Shown here: positions 1 through 8,379 of the stretch, piece by piece
Position numbering within the stretch: position 1 is the stretch's first letter
How the letters are laid out: every line of letters starts with the position of its first letter
DNA from: a virus
DNA: 64,000 nucleotides
Reading direction: 5' to 3' (one strand)
Virus record (IMG/VR): IMGVR_UViG_3300037089_000251
Coordinates: 1 to 64,000 of that record
Made by a program: the position numbers and the translations under genes
Notes under the pieces: model-generated
Database searches by the model: none
Told to the model about the DNA's origin: nothing
The model's input: the letters and a program-made list of their open reading frames with translations, nothing else

Positions 1-13
1 GCAAACTTGCTGT

Positions 14-113
14 GAACGGCTTGACGACGGGCAGCGAATGGCAACCGGACGCCGGGTGTAACGCCGGACGGAAAGTTGGTTACACCCACCCCCTACCCAG
101 CGTCGAGCCGTTC
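14..113 (-). ncRNA. Unidentified ~100-nt rod/branched structured RNA inside the tRNA array
   Basis: Terminal stem GAACGGCUCGACG/CGUCAAGCCGUUC, extended by UGGGUAG/CUGCCCG; internal GGGUGUAAC/GUUACACCC. G-U pairs favour the minus strand. Follows the tRNA-Ala CCA after a short AGUUUUU spacer. Confidence 0.55.
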
Positions 114-120
114 AAAAACT

Positions 121-196
121 TGGTGGAACTGAAGGGATTCGGACCCTCCGCCTCCTGATTGCAAGTCAGGCGCTCTCCCAAATGAGCTACAGTCCC
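121..196 (-). tRNA. tRNA-Ala(TGC)
   Basis: Cloverleaf; acceptor GGGACTG/CAGTTCC with G3:U70; anticodon loop CTTGCAA; encoded CCA; T-loop reads TCCGAAT. Confidence 0.93.
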
Positions 197-203
197 AGAA
201 AAT

Positions 204-329
204 CGGTGGCGCTAACGGGCCTCGAACCCGTCTCATAACATGGCGTCGTAAGCAAGGGTTCTATGCTGCGAACGCCTCTCTTAATACGCAACCACGTCAG
301 GTTTTATCCATCCCTACAACTATAGCCCC
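204..329 (-). ncRNA. tRNA-like RNA (Ala-like ends) with a ~50-nt insertion in the anticodon arm
   Basis: 5' GGGGCTATAG; T-arm ACGGG-TTCGAGG-CCCGT; 3' TAGCGCC-A-CCG; extended stem TGACGTGG/CCATGTTA encloses a 48-nt insert; G3.G70 mismatch. Confidence 0.65.
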
Positions 330-337
330 ACAAAACT

Positions 338-412
338 TGGAGCGGGCGGAGGGGTTCGGACCCTCGACCTCTGCCTTGGCAAGGCAGCATTCTACCACTG
401 AACTACGCCCGC
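338..412 (-). tRNA. tRNA-Gly(GCC)
   Basis: Cloverleaf; GCGGGCG/CGCCCGC; anticodon loop CTTGCCAA region with GCC; U73; CCA; T-loop TCCGAAC. Confidence 0.95.
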
Positions 413-420
413 TCAAAACT

Positions 421-495
421 TGGTGCGCCGTGAGGGAATCGAACCCCCGACCTCTCCCGTGTGAAGGGAACGCTCTACCGCTGAGCCAACAGCGC
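421..495 (-). tRNA. tRNA-Val(CAC)
   Basis: Cloverleaf; anticodon loop TTCACAC; TTCGA T-loop; ends ACCA. Confidence 0.95.
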
Positions 496-506
496 ACATC
501 CAAACT

Positions 507-581
507 TGGTACACCAGATAGGACTCGAACCTATGGCTTCTTCCTTGTAAGGGAAGCACTCTGCCGCTGAGTTACTGGTGC
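507..581 (-). tRNA. tRNA-Val(TAC)
   Basis: Cloverleaf; CTTCC-CTTACAA-GGAAG anticodon arm; ends ACCA. Confidence 0.95.
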
Positions 582-593
582 TCAATCTCTCCT

Positions 594-627
594 AAAATGC
601 AAAAGGCGCTCGGTGTTCTGAGCGCCT
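594..627 (-). terminator. Intrinsic terminator (attenuator 3:4 hairpin) upstream of the left tRNA array
   Basis: AGGCGCTC/GAGCGCCT 8-bp stem followed by TTTGCATTTT on the minus strand. Confidence 0.75.
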
Positions 628-650
628 CCGGGTTGCTGGATTGGGATTTT

Positions 651-761
651 CTACCCAATCACCCCCGAAGGCGATGTATCGCCTCCCTCACACACGACTG
701 CGGCTTCGGCTATGCCTACTGCTTCGATGTCGCCTAGCGTTATGTGAGTGGCCATATTCAT
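651..761 (-). CDS. Putative attenuator leader peptide, 36 aa (MNMATHITLGDIEAVGIAEAAVVCEGGDTSPSGVIG)
   Basis: ATG 761 to TAG 651, just downstream of the promoter; 16 of codons 10-28 are GNN; overlaps the 1:2 and 2:3 hairpins. Confidence 0.7.
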   Translation of the reverse strand: MNMATHITLGDIEAVGIAEAAVVCEGGDTSPSGVIG

Positions 762-780
762 AGCATTCTCTCGCTGTCTA

Positions 781-820
781 TATAATACCCCCGGTAGTCG
801 TGTTTTTCAGGAAAATTTTA
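781..820 (-). promoter_or_regulatory. Promoter of the left tRNA operon
   Basis: AAAAACACGACTACCGGGGGTATTATA (807-781) is 26/27 identical to 55279-55305; ends in a -10-like TATTAT. Confidence 0.75.
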
Positions 821-1165
821 TTTTCCCGCCGTGGCCACCGTATTGGGGGTGGGTGCTGAGGGTGGCTTTTGAGCCTCCTTGGAGTGGATGACATGCTGGC
901 GAAGCTCGTCGATGGTGAAGATGTTGTTCTGCCACAAGACACCTTGTACGAAGCCAATCCAACGACTTACCTTGAGGGCATCCTGCACGGTCCACTTCTG
1001 GCTCTCTTCCATGAAACGAACCATCTCGTCAATCATCCAGGCGGCATGCTGGCTGGAAACCATAGAGTTTTTGGGGAGGAAGTCATCCTTACCCTCGAAC
1101 CGGACTGGCCGCAAACTAAGTTTCTTGAACTCCTCTTGGTAAAACTTTAGAAGCTTATATTCCAT
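818..1165 (-). CDS. Hypothetical protein
   Basis: 115-aa ORF coupled to the upstream NADAR gene; RWIGFVQGVL motif seen in small phage proteins. Confidence 0.7.
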   Translation of the reverse strand: MEYKLLKFYQEEFKKLSLRPVRFEGKDDFLPKNSMVSSQHAAWMIDEMVRFMEESQKWTVQDALKVSRWIGFVQGVLWQNNIFTIDELRQHVIHSKEAQKPPSAPTPNTVATAGK

Positions 1166-1616
1166 GCTGAGCCTCCGAGCGTACCTTCATGAGAATCTTT
1201 CCCAAGTGATTGAACTGGGGCTTGTTCTTGCACTTGGAGCAGGTGCATTTACCCCAGAAGTTGTCATGCCAGTAGTTCCCCTCAACAATCTCCACGGTTC
1301 CCGTGCCCACGAGCATCCTCAGTAAAGTGACACTGCGGAACTTCTGGCGGACCAAGTCCTCCATGATGGGGATGTTGACTTCCCACCAGTCTGGCCGCAA
1401 CAGCCCATGCTCCTGAAGCTCCTTGGCCAGCCTCTTTGCCTCCCCCGGCTTGAGGGAGTGACCTTGGAACTTCCTCCTAACCTCCGGGTCGAGGAACTTG
1501 GAGGCTTGGTAGGCGTGCTCCACCGAGACGTACTCCACCCCGTCGAACACCACGGTGACGTAGTAGAAGTTCGACATGAACTGCCAGTCTCCCCGGAATG
1601 TCGGCTCGGTTCTCAT
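1155..1616 (-). CDS. NADAR (YbiA-like) family protein
   Basis: Motifs FMSNFY, SVEHAYQASKF, EGNYWHDNFWG, NHLGKILMKVR. Confidence 0.9.
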   Translation of the reverse strand: MRTEPTFRGDWQFMSNFYYVTVVFDGVEYVSVEHAYQASKFLDPEVRRKFQGHSLKPGEAKRLAKELQEHGLLRPDWWEVNIPIMEDLVRQKFRSVTLLRMLVGTGTVEIVEGNYWHDNFWGKCTCSKCKNKPQFNHLGKILMKVRSEAQHGI

Positions 1617-1625
1617 GCCCCTGCC

Positions 1626-2204
1626 CTAAGCTGCCTTCCCCCCGTCGTGCTCTTCCTCGCTCCTGACCACGTAGGGCGGCCGCACATGGGCGCTGAAATG
1701 GTGGGATGCCTCCAGTGCCCTCTTGACCCGCTGGCAGGCTGGCTCGTCCGTCTTGGTGAACAGGGTGCCGAGGGCATAGGGGCTTCCGCATCCGATGGCC
1801 TCGTACCCCTCCGCCCTTTCCACCATCTGGAGGTCTCCCTCCATGCGGAACAGGTGCCCATGGTATCCGATGAGGGAAACGCCCTCGCTGGTGTGGTCAT
1901 CCCGGAACAGGGAGAACCCATTGTCATGGAATACCTTCTGGATTGAGTCCACGAAGACCGTGGCCATGTACCTGGAAAGGTCGAAGTTATCGTCGTTGGA
2001 GTCGGAGCCGAGGAAGGCCGGAACCTGCAACTTGTACTGGAGAAGCTGGGTCATGCGGATGGAGCCGACGCACCCAATCAGGAAGGGACCGTTGAAGAAT
2101 ATCTTCTGGTTGACAAGGGAAATCATGTCCTCGCCGTCCGAGGCTGCGCTGTCCGCCCCCATCCATACTTTCCCCTTTGACACCACTCCTACGACACAAG
2201 ACAT
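1626..2204 (-). CDS. HslV/proteasome-beta-like Ntn-hydrolase peptidase
   Basis: N-terminal (M)SCVVG...MGADS, conserved K, and AIGCGSPYALG motif. Confidence 0.75.
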   Translation of the reverse strand: MSCVVGVVSKGKVWMGADSAASDGEDMISLVNQKIFFNGPFLIGCVGSIRMTQLLQYKLQVPAFLGSDSNDDNFDLSRYMATVFVDSIQKVFHDNGFSLFRDDHTSEGVSLIGYHGHLFRMEGDLQMVERAEGYEAIGCGSPYALGTLFTKTDEPACQRVKRALEASHHFSAHVRPPYVVRSEEEHDGGKAA

Positions 2205-2246
2205 AGTCTCTCCTTTATCACTACCTTGATTGAATACTGAGGATTG

Positions 2247-2612
2247 TCAATATTCTTCATCCTCGTCCAAATCTGGATTGTTCTTGCAGCTACGGGAATG
2301 GGGATACCCCGGAGTTCCCTTGGCACCGCACTGGAGGCACAAGCCCTCCTTCTTGCGCTGCTTCATCACGAGGCTGGACTGGGTGGGCTGCTTGCGGAGC
2401 TTGGGGAGGGTGACCTCATAGAGGTCGTCGATGTCGTCAAGCTGGTGGTGGACGACCTCGGATAACGGGACCTCAAGGCACAGCCCAAACCACTCCCTCG
2501 TGAACCTGCCAAGCTGCCAGCCGAAGTCCGTGTGGGCGAGGTACCACTGCCTGCTCTTGATTGCCTTGTTTTCCAAGGTGCCGTCAAGCCTGATGCGCTT
2601 CTTGATTCTCAA
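2247..2612 (-). CDS. Hypothetical protein with C-terminal Cys/His cluster
   Basis: 121-aa ORF in the minus-strand run; CLQCG...H..SC. Confidence 0.55.
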   Translation of the reverse strand: MRIKKRIRLDGTLENKAIKSRQWYLAHTDFGWQLGRFTREWFGLCLEVPLSEVVHHQLDDIDDLYEVTLPKLRKQPTQSSLVMKQRKKEGLCLQCGAKGTPGYPHSRSCKNNPDLDEDEEY

Positions 2613-2934
2613 GGGCTTCCTCCTTATTGGCGTATGCCAGTCCCGCCTTGGTCAGCCATACGAACCCATTCACGCCGGTCGCAAAACCCTTAACGATGGC
2701 GTCCTCCATAATCCAGTGGAAGTTTTCGCTCAGGGGGAGGTTGGTCTTCCCGCCCTCGTCCTTGAGGTACATGAGGAAGTGCCCCATGGGATTCCAGTAG
2801 GGATGGGAAAGGTGCATCTCCAGCATGTCGTTTACGCACAGCCAGTGCTTCTCCCCGTCCAGGTTGCAGGCGAACGGATACAGAGGGCCGACCTCACCAA
2901 ACTCTTTTATGGGAGGTTCGTTTATAGGTTTCAA
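2584..2934 (-). CDS. Hypothetical protein
   Basis: 116-aa ORF with an upstream GAGG RBS, in the minus-strand run. Confidence 0.6.
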   Translation of the reverse strand: MKPINEPPIKEFGEVGPLYPFACNLDGEKHWLCVNDMLEMHLSHPYWNPMGHFLMYLKDEGGKTNLPLSENFHWIMEDAIVKGFATGVNGFVWLTKAGLAYANKEEALENQEAHQA

Positions 2935-3067
2935 GGCACCACCTCGTCGGTTAAGATAGGTACACTCCTACTCCCTCTTAGTATACATCGTGCGGAAGGG
3001 ACGCCGGGAAAAATATTCTCGGCGTCCCTCGGGGGGGTGGGTTCGGTAGGGGTGTTTGGTGCGAAGC

Positions 3068-3361
3068 TTAGGCGACAATCTTACGCAGGTTGTCTGCCAT
3101 CTGGCCGACGGCCTGTGCATCCAGGCTGGAGGCGATGGTAATCTTGGGCATGTCAACCTCGACACGAGCAATCTGGTTGGCAGGCACCAGGATGAACCGG
3201 TTCTCCACCTCCATCTTCTTGAGCATGCCAAGCTGGGCATACTGGAAGAGTGCCTTCATGACGAAGCCCTCCACCTGCTCCGGGGGCATCTGGAGCGGAA
3301 GCTCCTGTACCTCCTGCGTCCCGTCAGTAAAGCTTATCGTGAACTTTATCACTGATTGCAT
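3068..3361 (-). CDS. Hypothetical protein
   Basis: 97-aa ORF with GGAGG RBS. Confidence 0.7.
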   Translation of the reverse strand: MQSVIKFTISFTDGTQEVQELPLQMPPEQVEGFVMKALFQYAQLGMLKKMEVENRFILVPANQIARVEVDMPKITIASSLDAQAVGQMADNLRKIVA

Positions 3362-3391
3362 GATTCCTCCATAGCCTAATACTCTGGTCTC

Positions 3392-5296
3392 CTACACTAC
3401 TGCGCAGGAGCCGTTCGAGCAGGCATACTCCTTCATCGCCGTGGTGTGGTCCTCGCTCTCGAACTCCGCCAGCTTGGACCAGTCGATGACCGGCATCTTG
3501 GCGGCCGCATCAAGGTACTGCTGCTCGGTAAGCTCGGTGTAGGGGGCTTGCTTGTAGATGTGGTCGGTGTGCGGAAGGAACGCTACCCCGCCGATGTTGT
3601 CGAAGTTACGGTACACCCAGGCGGCGACCTCCAGCCACTCGCTGTCCTTGATGTAGATGGTGCAGCTTGGATTGTGCTCCGTCCAGTGCTGCCGGTAGGT
3701 GAGGTAAAGCTCAAGCTGCTGTACCGCCGTGAGGGCGTTGCGGGTAACCGACCCCTCGGGGGACGCCAGCGGGAAGTAGAAGACATCGACATCATTGGGC
3801 TTGCTCTGCTCTGGCTCGCACGGGACTCCGCAGGTCTTGAGGAACGCCCCGATGGGGTTCTTGCGGTCTTCCCTAATGGTGCGCATGAGGAAGTCGCTGT
3901 AGCGGGTGTGGATGCCGGGGGAGCAGTTGACAAGCTGCGAGACGGTGCCGCTGGGCTTAACGCAGGTGACTGCCACGGAGGGGTTGATTCCCAGCTTCTC
4001 CGCCCACTTGGCGTTGACCTCCACGGAGTAGGTACGAAGCTCGTCCAGGAGGGTGGCCAGCAGGGGGTTGTTGGTGCTGGTCATCTTGCAGTCCATGATG
4101 CCGGAAAGGCTGACGCCCAAGAGGCGCTCCTCCTCGGCGTTCTTCTGCCAGTCCTTGCGGAGGTAGCGGAAGTCGGTCAGGGTCGATTGCAGGGTGCCGA
4201 GGATGGAGGCGATGCGTATTTTCCCCTTGAGGCTCTCCTTGGTGTCGTCCGGGCGGACGATGACCTCGGTGAGGTTGCACAGCCCCTTGCTGCGGAGGAT
4301 GATTTCCCCGCACGGATTGACACCGAAGTCAATCTCCTTCCACTTGCGGCGGCCGACTGCCTGTGCCTTCTTGATGGCGGCGGCACGGTTGTAGATGCCC
4401 CGCTCGCCGGAACGTGACTCGTAGAGGCTGAGCCACTCTTTCATGAACACGCCGATTTCAGGCTTCTCCGTGTAGACGGCGGAGTTGTTGGCGAGCGCCC
4501 GCTGCGGGTTCTCAATCCACCACTGACCACCCTTCGCCCCACGCATGCGGTCGTCGGAGAGGTTGGACAGGGAAATCATCGCCGAGCGGCGTACCCCGCC
4601 CGAGACTACGATGTCCGCCACGAAGCACATGAGGTCGTGGCATTCGAGGCTGGTGAGCTTTCTTCCTGCGGCATTCTTGAAGAGTTGGACGGTGAACTTG
4701 AAGAGCCGGTCGAGAGGCTCGGGGCCGGATGCTCTTCCCCCGAAAGTCTTAAGGGGGCTGCCTGCCGGTCGGACGGAACTCAGGTCCCAACTGGGAACAG
4801 AGCCTCCATAGAGCAGGGCGATAAGCTGGCGGAATCCAGAGGCCCATCCAATCTTTGAGTCACGAACCTTGATGGTGGTATCGACGGGAAAGAAGTTTTC
4901 GGCAACGATGGGAAGCTGGTTGACATACTGGCGTTCAACACTGAATCCAAGACCTACTCCGCACATGCTGATATACATGGCCTCATCGAAAGCACGGGGG
5001 TCGTCAATAGCGAGATAAGAGCAGTTATAAGCGGCGATTTCGTCTTTTTCCAGTGCCTTGCCTGCGGTCATCATGGCACGCATGCTCGGCATGACCTCGA
5101 AGTTCAAGATGGCGTCTTCAAGTTCCTTGACGGTGTTTTCTCTGACATCCTCGGGAATTCTCTTCGATATGAATTCTATGTATCTGTGAACGGTTTCCGC
5201 CCAATCCTCCCTGCGGCTCTTATCAGGAAGCCACCGGGCGTAGCGTGATTTGTAGATGTAACTCTGAAACGGCGTGATTCCAATGCTCTTCGGCAT
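3392..5296 (-). CDS. nrdJ: Class II (adenosylcobalamin-dependent) ribonucleotide reductase
   Basis: NPCGEI, TCVKPSGTVS, VVSGGVRRSA and C-terminal CSNGSC redox pair; no adjacent beta-subunit gene. Confidence 0.92.
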   Translation of the reverse strand: MPKSIGITPFQSYIYKSRYARWLPDKSRREDWAETVHRYIEFISKRIPEDVRENTVKELEDAILNFEVMPSMRAMMTAGKALEKDEIAAYNCSYLAIDDPRAFDEAMYISMCGVGLGFSVERQYVNQLPIVAENFFPVDTTIKVRDSKIGWASGFRQLIALLYGGSVPSWDLSSVRPAGSPLKTFGGRASGPEPLDRLFKFTVQLFKNAAGRKLTSLECHDLMCFVADIVVSGGVRRSAMISLSNLSDDRMRGAKGGQWWIENPQRALANNSAVYTEKPEIGVFMKEWLSLYESRSGERGIYNRAAAIKKAQAVGRRKWKEIDFGVNPCGEIILRSKGLCNLTEVIVRPDDTKESLKGKIRIASILGTLQSTLTDFRYLRKDWQKNAEEERLLGVSLSGIMDCKMTSTNNPLLATLLDELRTYSVEVNAKWAEKLGINPSVAVTCVKPSGTVSQLVNCSPGIHTRYSDFLMRTIREDRKNPIGAFLKTCGVPCEPEQSKPNDVDVFYFPLASPEGSVTRNALTAVQQLELYLTYRQHWTEHNPSCTIYIKDSEWLEVAAWVYRNFDNIGGVAFLPHTDHIYKQAPYTELTEQQYLDAAAKMPVIDWSKLAEFESEDHTTAMKEYACSNGSCAVV

Positions 5297-5530
5297 CGTG
5301 GTTCTCTCCTGAGTTGTTAGCCCTTCGGACCTCTTGCGTGATTTGAAAAACTTGTGGTCATAGCGTGCGGCTGTCTATGGGTCCGGTAGCGAAAATCTTA
5401 AATCACCGGCAAACTTTCCAAGAGTGGGTGGATTTTGCGGGGGCTATGGGGATTTCTGGGAGAGGGAAATTTTGTGTGGCCAGTTTGGGATAGTTGGGCA
5501 TAGATAATTTTTCGGCAAAGGATAATACCG

Positions 5531-6079
5531 CTAGCGTCGGCAATCGCACGGGATGACATCGGTGGTGAAGCTCCCCGGAAACTTTCCGGGAATCCTCACG
5601 TCACGGCTTCCGGTGCGACGGCACTTGGGGCAATCTGGGTCAGCCTTGGGGGGTCCGGTGATGCAGGAGCACATCCTGAAGTCGTGCGCCTTGGTTCCCC
5701 GGATGACCAACTCCAGCCCGCCCTCCCCCTTGCAGTTGGGGCAGTGCAAATCAGGAATTCTCTTCCAGGGGTTCCACGGGTGTTCCTTCATGAGGTAGTC
5801 CGGGGGGACAGCCTCGAACATCCTCCACCCGTACCGCTCCAGCGTCTCTTTCTTCAGACCCTTGTTGCGGTAGAACGGGTCGGGCGGAACCTCGTTCAGG
5901 TTGAAGTGGTAGTGGATGAGAATACGCACATCCTCGGCTGACAGCCGTCCTTCGTCCGTGCGTATGTCCTCTTTCCAAGTGGAGGCGGCAAACGGCCACT
6001 TGGGGGACAGTCCGTCTTGGCTGAGCCGACCCTTGCTCCGCAGTTTCTCGATGATGATTTTCTTCTCTTCGGTTGTCAC
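5531..6079 (-). CDS. Hypothetical protein with C-terminal Zn-binding motifs
   Basis: CPNC, CSC, CPKC, CDC; overlaps the upstream gene stop. Confidence 0.65.
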   Translation of the reverse strand: MTTEEKKIIIEKLRSKGRLSQDGLSPKWPFAASTWKEDIRTDEGRLSAEDVRILIHYHFNLNEVPPDPFYRNKGLKKETLERYGWRMFEAVPPDYLMKEHPWNPWKRIPDLHCPNCKGEGGLELVIRGTKAHDFRMCSCITGPPKADPDCPKCRRTGSRDVRIPGKFPGSFTTDVIPCDCRR

Positions 6080-6681
6080 TGTATCTCCTCGTTAATCACG
6101 ACTGATTCGTTCTGGTTGCTGATTTCAGTAATTGGAGTGGAGGAGGCGTCTACCTCTACTACTCTTCTCTTTCTATCTACTCTCTTCTGTCGTTTGACAG
6201 TGGGAGAATTTCTCAGTAAATTCCAGAATTTCACTAGCTTCGGAACTGTAAAGTTCCAGGGAGTTTCCAGTAACCCCCCAAAGATAGAGCCAACTTCTCG
6301 TTTAATTCCAGTAAAGTTACTGGAAGTTTCCGGTATGTTTACCGAGGGTTCCAGTAAGTATCCTTTCGCATCACACGGCTCCAAGAGGTCGGAGTGGCGT
6401 TGCAGCCATCCCTTAAGGGTTCTGATGTCCAGCTTGGGGAAGTGGGTGACGAGCTTCCTCGGGTCTGCCGGGAGCATCCGGTCGGGGCTGTCGGCGATGA
6501 GGCAGAGGAGGGTGATGTACAGACCCTTGTCCGCATACGTCATGTCCCTGACCTTCTCGGAGTGCAGCCAGCGCTTGTAGAACATCGGGAACCACTCCAT
6601 CTTCACCTTCTCGTCGTCAGGGAAGGTATCCCCGTCGTCGAAGTCCACAAGCTCCTCGGGTTTTAGCGTTTCTTCGCTCAT
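6076..6681 (-). CDS. YdaU/DUF1376-like replication-associated protein
   Basis: WFPMFYKRWL...MTYADKGLYITLLC...LPAD N-terminal pattern; adjacent to the helicase. Confidence 0.6.
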   Translation of the reverse strand: MSEETLKPEELVDFDDGDTFPDDEKVKMEWFPMFYKRWLHSEKVRDMTYADKGLYITLLCLIADSPDRMLPADPRKLVTHFPKLDIRTLKGWLQRHSDLLEPCDAKGYLLEPSVNIPETSSNFTGIKREVGSIFGGLLETPWNFTVPKLVKFWNLLRNSPTVKRQKRVDRKRRVVEVDASSTPITEISNQNESVVINEEIQ

Positions 6682-6687
6682 AGTCTC

Positions 6688-8289
6688 CTAATACTGCGGC
6701 ATGTCCCCCACGGTCTCATTGTCGATGTTGCGAATCTCCCTGATGCCCTCGGCAATCTGGGGAGTCAGCGGGCGCTGGTCGGAGCCTGGCTCGCTCCCCT
6801 TCCGGGCGAATGCCCCGGTGTTGGGGGACAGCACCATGATGCGGGCGGGCGGCTGCCTTCCGACCCTCTTCTTGACGCAGCCTACCTCCACCTCGTTCCT
6901 CGACGCATCCTTCATCTCCACGTCCGACCAGACGGTCAGGAGCAGGTCCATGTCGTCCTTGAGTTCGCTGAAGGTGCGGATGGAGTCGATGGTGTAGTGG
7001 CCGACGCCTTCCTTGAACTCGCCCTTCATGGCGTCCTTGTAGGACTCCTTGGTAATCTGGATGGGGCTGGCGACGATGATGCCCTTACCATCGTCGAAGT
7101 TCCGGGTGAACCTCTGTATCCGGTGGATGAGCCGCTTGATTTCCTGGTCTATCCACTTGGGGTCGCCTGTCACCTCGAAGCGGGTGATGTAGTCCAAGAG
7201 GATGAAGTCATAGTGGTTCTTCTGATGGTGAATCTTCACCCAGTCCTCAATGGTGTCCCAGTCGAACGGCCGGAACTCCTTGACCTCCAGAAGACCGGGA
7301 AGGTTCTTGCGGGTTTCGATGTCGTAGCAGATGTCCTGCATGTGCTTGATGTCTTCCGGGGTGACCCTGCGACTCTCCCAATCCTCGGTGCCGGGCAGAA
7401 CCATCCCCTTGTAGTCGGGGTGGGAGCTATGCAGGTAGGTCATGGCGTCCCAGATGTGCTGGGCGCTGTGCTCGGTCGAGGCATACAGCCCGTTGAACCC
7501 CTGGCTGAGCCACTGGTACACCATGTAGTTGGCAAGCGTGGTCTTGCCGTCGCCCGCCTGACCGACGATGCCCACGAACTTCATGTCGGAGTTCTTGCTG
7601 ATGATGACGTTGTCGTCGATGTGGGGGATGCCGATGGGCATCTGGCTGTCCACCGACTTCTCATCCATGCGGCTGGCAAAGCCCTCCCTGACCGCCTGCA
7701 TGTTCTCGTGCAGCATCCCGTCCAAGGGCGGGGCCTCGTCGGCGTAGTCACGGAGCCACGCCATCCTCAGGGAGCGCATGGCGGCGGTCGGTCCCTTCTC
7801 CTCCAGGTTCTCCGCCCCCACCCGGTGCTTCCATGCCTCTGCTCCTATGGAAATCTTTCCTGCCCGTGCATAGAGGAGTTCATGCCAGTTGTTCCTGACC
7901 TCGTTGAACGACATCTCCAGCAGGAGGAGGGTGTCGATGGTCTTGAGGCTCGCCGGGGTAGGCTCCCATGTCCCCAGCAGTTCAAGCTGCTCGATGATGC
8001 TGGTGGTGTTGTCCTTCTCCCCGTCGCCTCGGGCGAAGTCCTTGATGTTGTGGGGATTGTCTATGACGTACTTCTTGACATCCTGCGGGCCAGTGGGGAG
8101 GCAGCCTATCTTCTCGACGTATGTCCAGATTGCCCTCAGGGTCCCGCTGGTGATTACCTCGTCGCTTCCCGGCTTGAAGTCCAGATGCTTGGCGTATTGA
8201 AAGGTCCAAGCCAGCTTTTTCTTGTTTTGCAGCACGAACGAAGCAAGGTCCTGAGAACAAAGTCTCCGGGCAAGCTCAGATAGATACAT
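6688..8289 (-). CDS. dnaB: DnaB-like (SF4) replicative helicase
   Basis: Walker A GQAGDGKTT, STE, Walker B ILLDYI, SPIQ and ELKDDMD motifs. Confidence 0.8.
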   Translation of the reverse strand: MYLSELARRLCSQDLASFVLQNKKKLAWTFQYAKHLDFKPGSDEVITSGTLRAIWTYVEKIGCLPTGPQDVKKYVIDNPHNIKDFARGDGEKDNTTSIIEQLELLGTWEPTPASLKTIDTLLLLEMSFNEVRNNWHELLYARAGKISIGAEAWKHRVGAENLEEKGPTAAMRSLRMAWLRDYADEAPPLDGMLHENMQAVREGFASRMDEKSVDSQMPIGIPHIDDNVIISKNSDMKFVGIVGQAGDGKTTLANYMVYQWLSQGFNGLYASTEHSAQHIWDAMTYLHSSHPDYKGMVLPGTEDWESRRVTPEDIKHMQDICYDIETRKNLPGLLEVKEFRPFDWDTIEDWVKIHHQKNHYDFILLDYITRFEVTGDPKWIDQEIKRLIHRIQRFTRNFDDGKGIIVASPIQITKESYKDAMKGEFKEGVGHYTIDSIRTFSELKDDMDLLLTVWSDVEMKDASRNEVEVGCVKKRVGRQPPARIMVLSPNTGAFARKGSEPGSDQRPLTPQIAEGIREIRNIDNETVGDMPQY

Positions 8290-8379
8290 AGGATTCCTTT
8301 GCGGCGGTATTCCATGCCAGACTCACTGTGGATAAATACCAGCTTGCTGGTGATTTGCCGGAAACCGGCTTTCCTGAGC

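Noticed and set aside
14-113. SRP (4.5S) or 6S RNA
   Set aside because: Lacks the SRP CAGG-GGAA-AGCA domain IV motif; too short for 6S.
204-329. tmRNA (GGGGCT start, T arm, ACC end)
   Set aside because: Only 126 nt, with no tag ORF or pseudoknot space and no G3:U70 pair.
5297-5520. Cobalamin riboswitch, NrdR box or Pro-rich uORF upstream of nrdJ
   Set aside because: No B12-box or NrdR consensus is visible. The 32-aa Pro-rich ORF has no RBS and no associated terminator.
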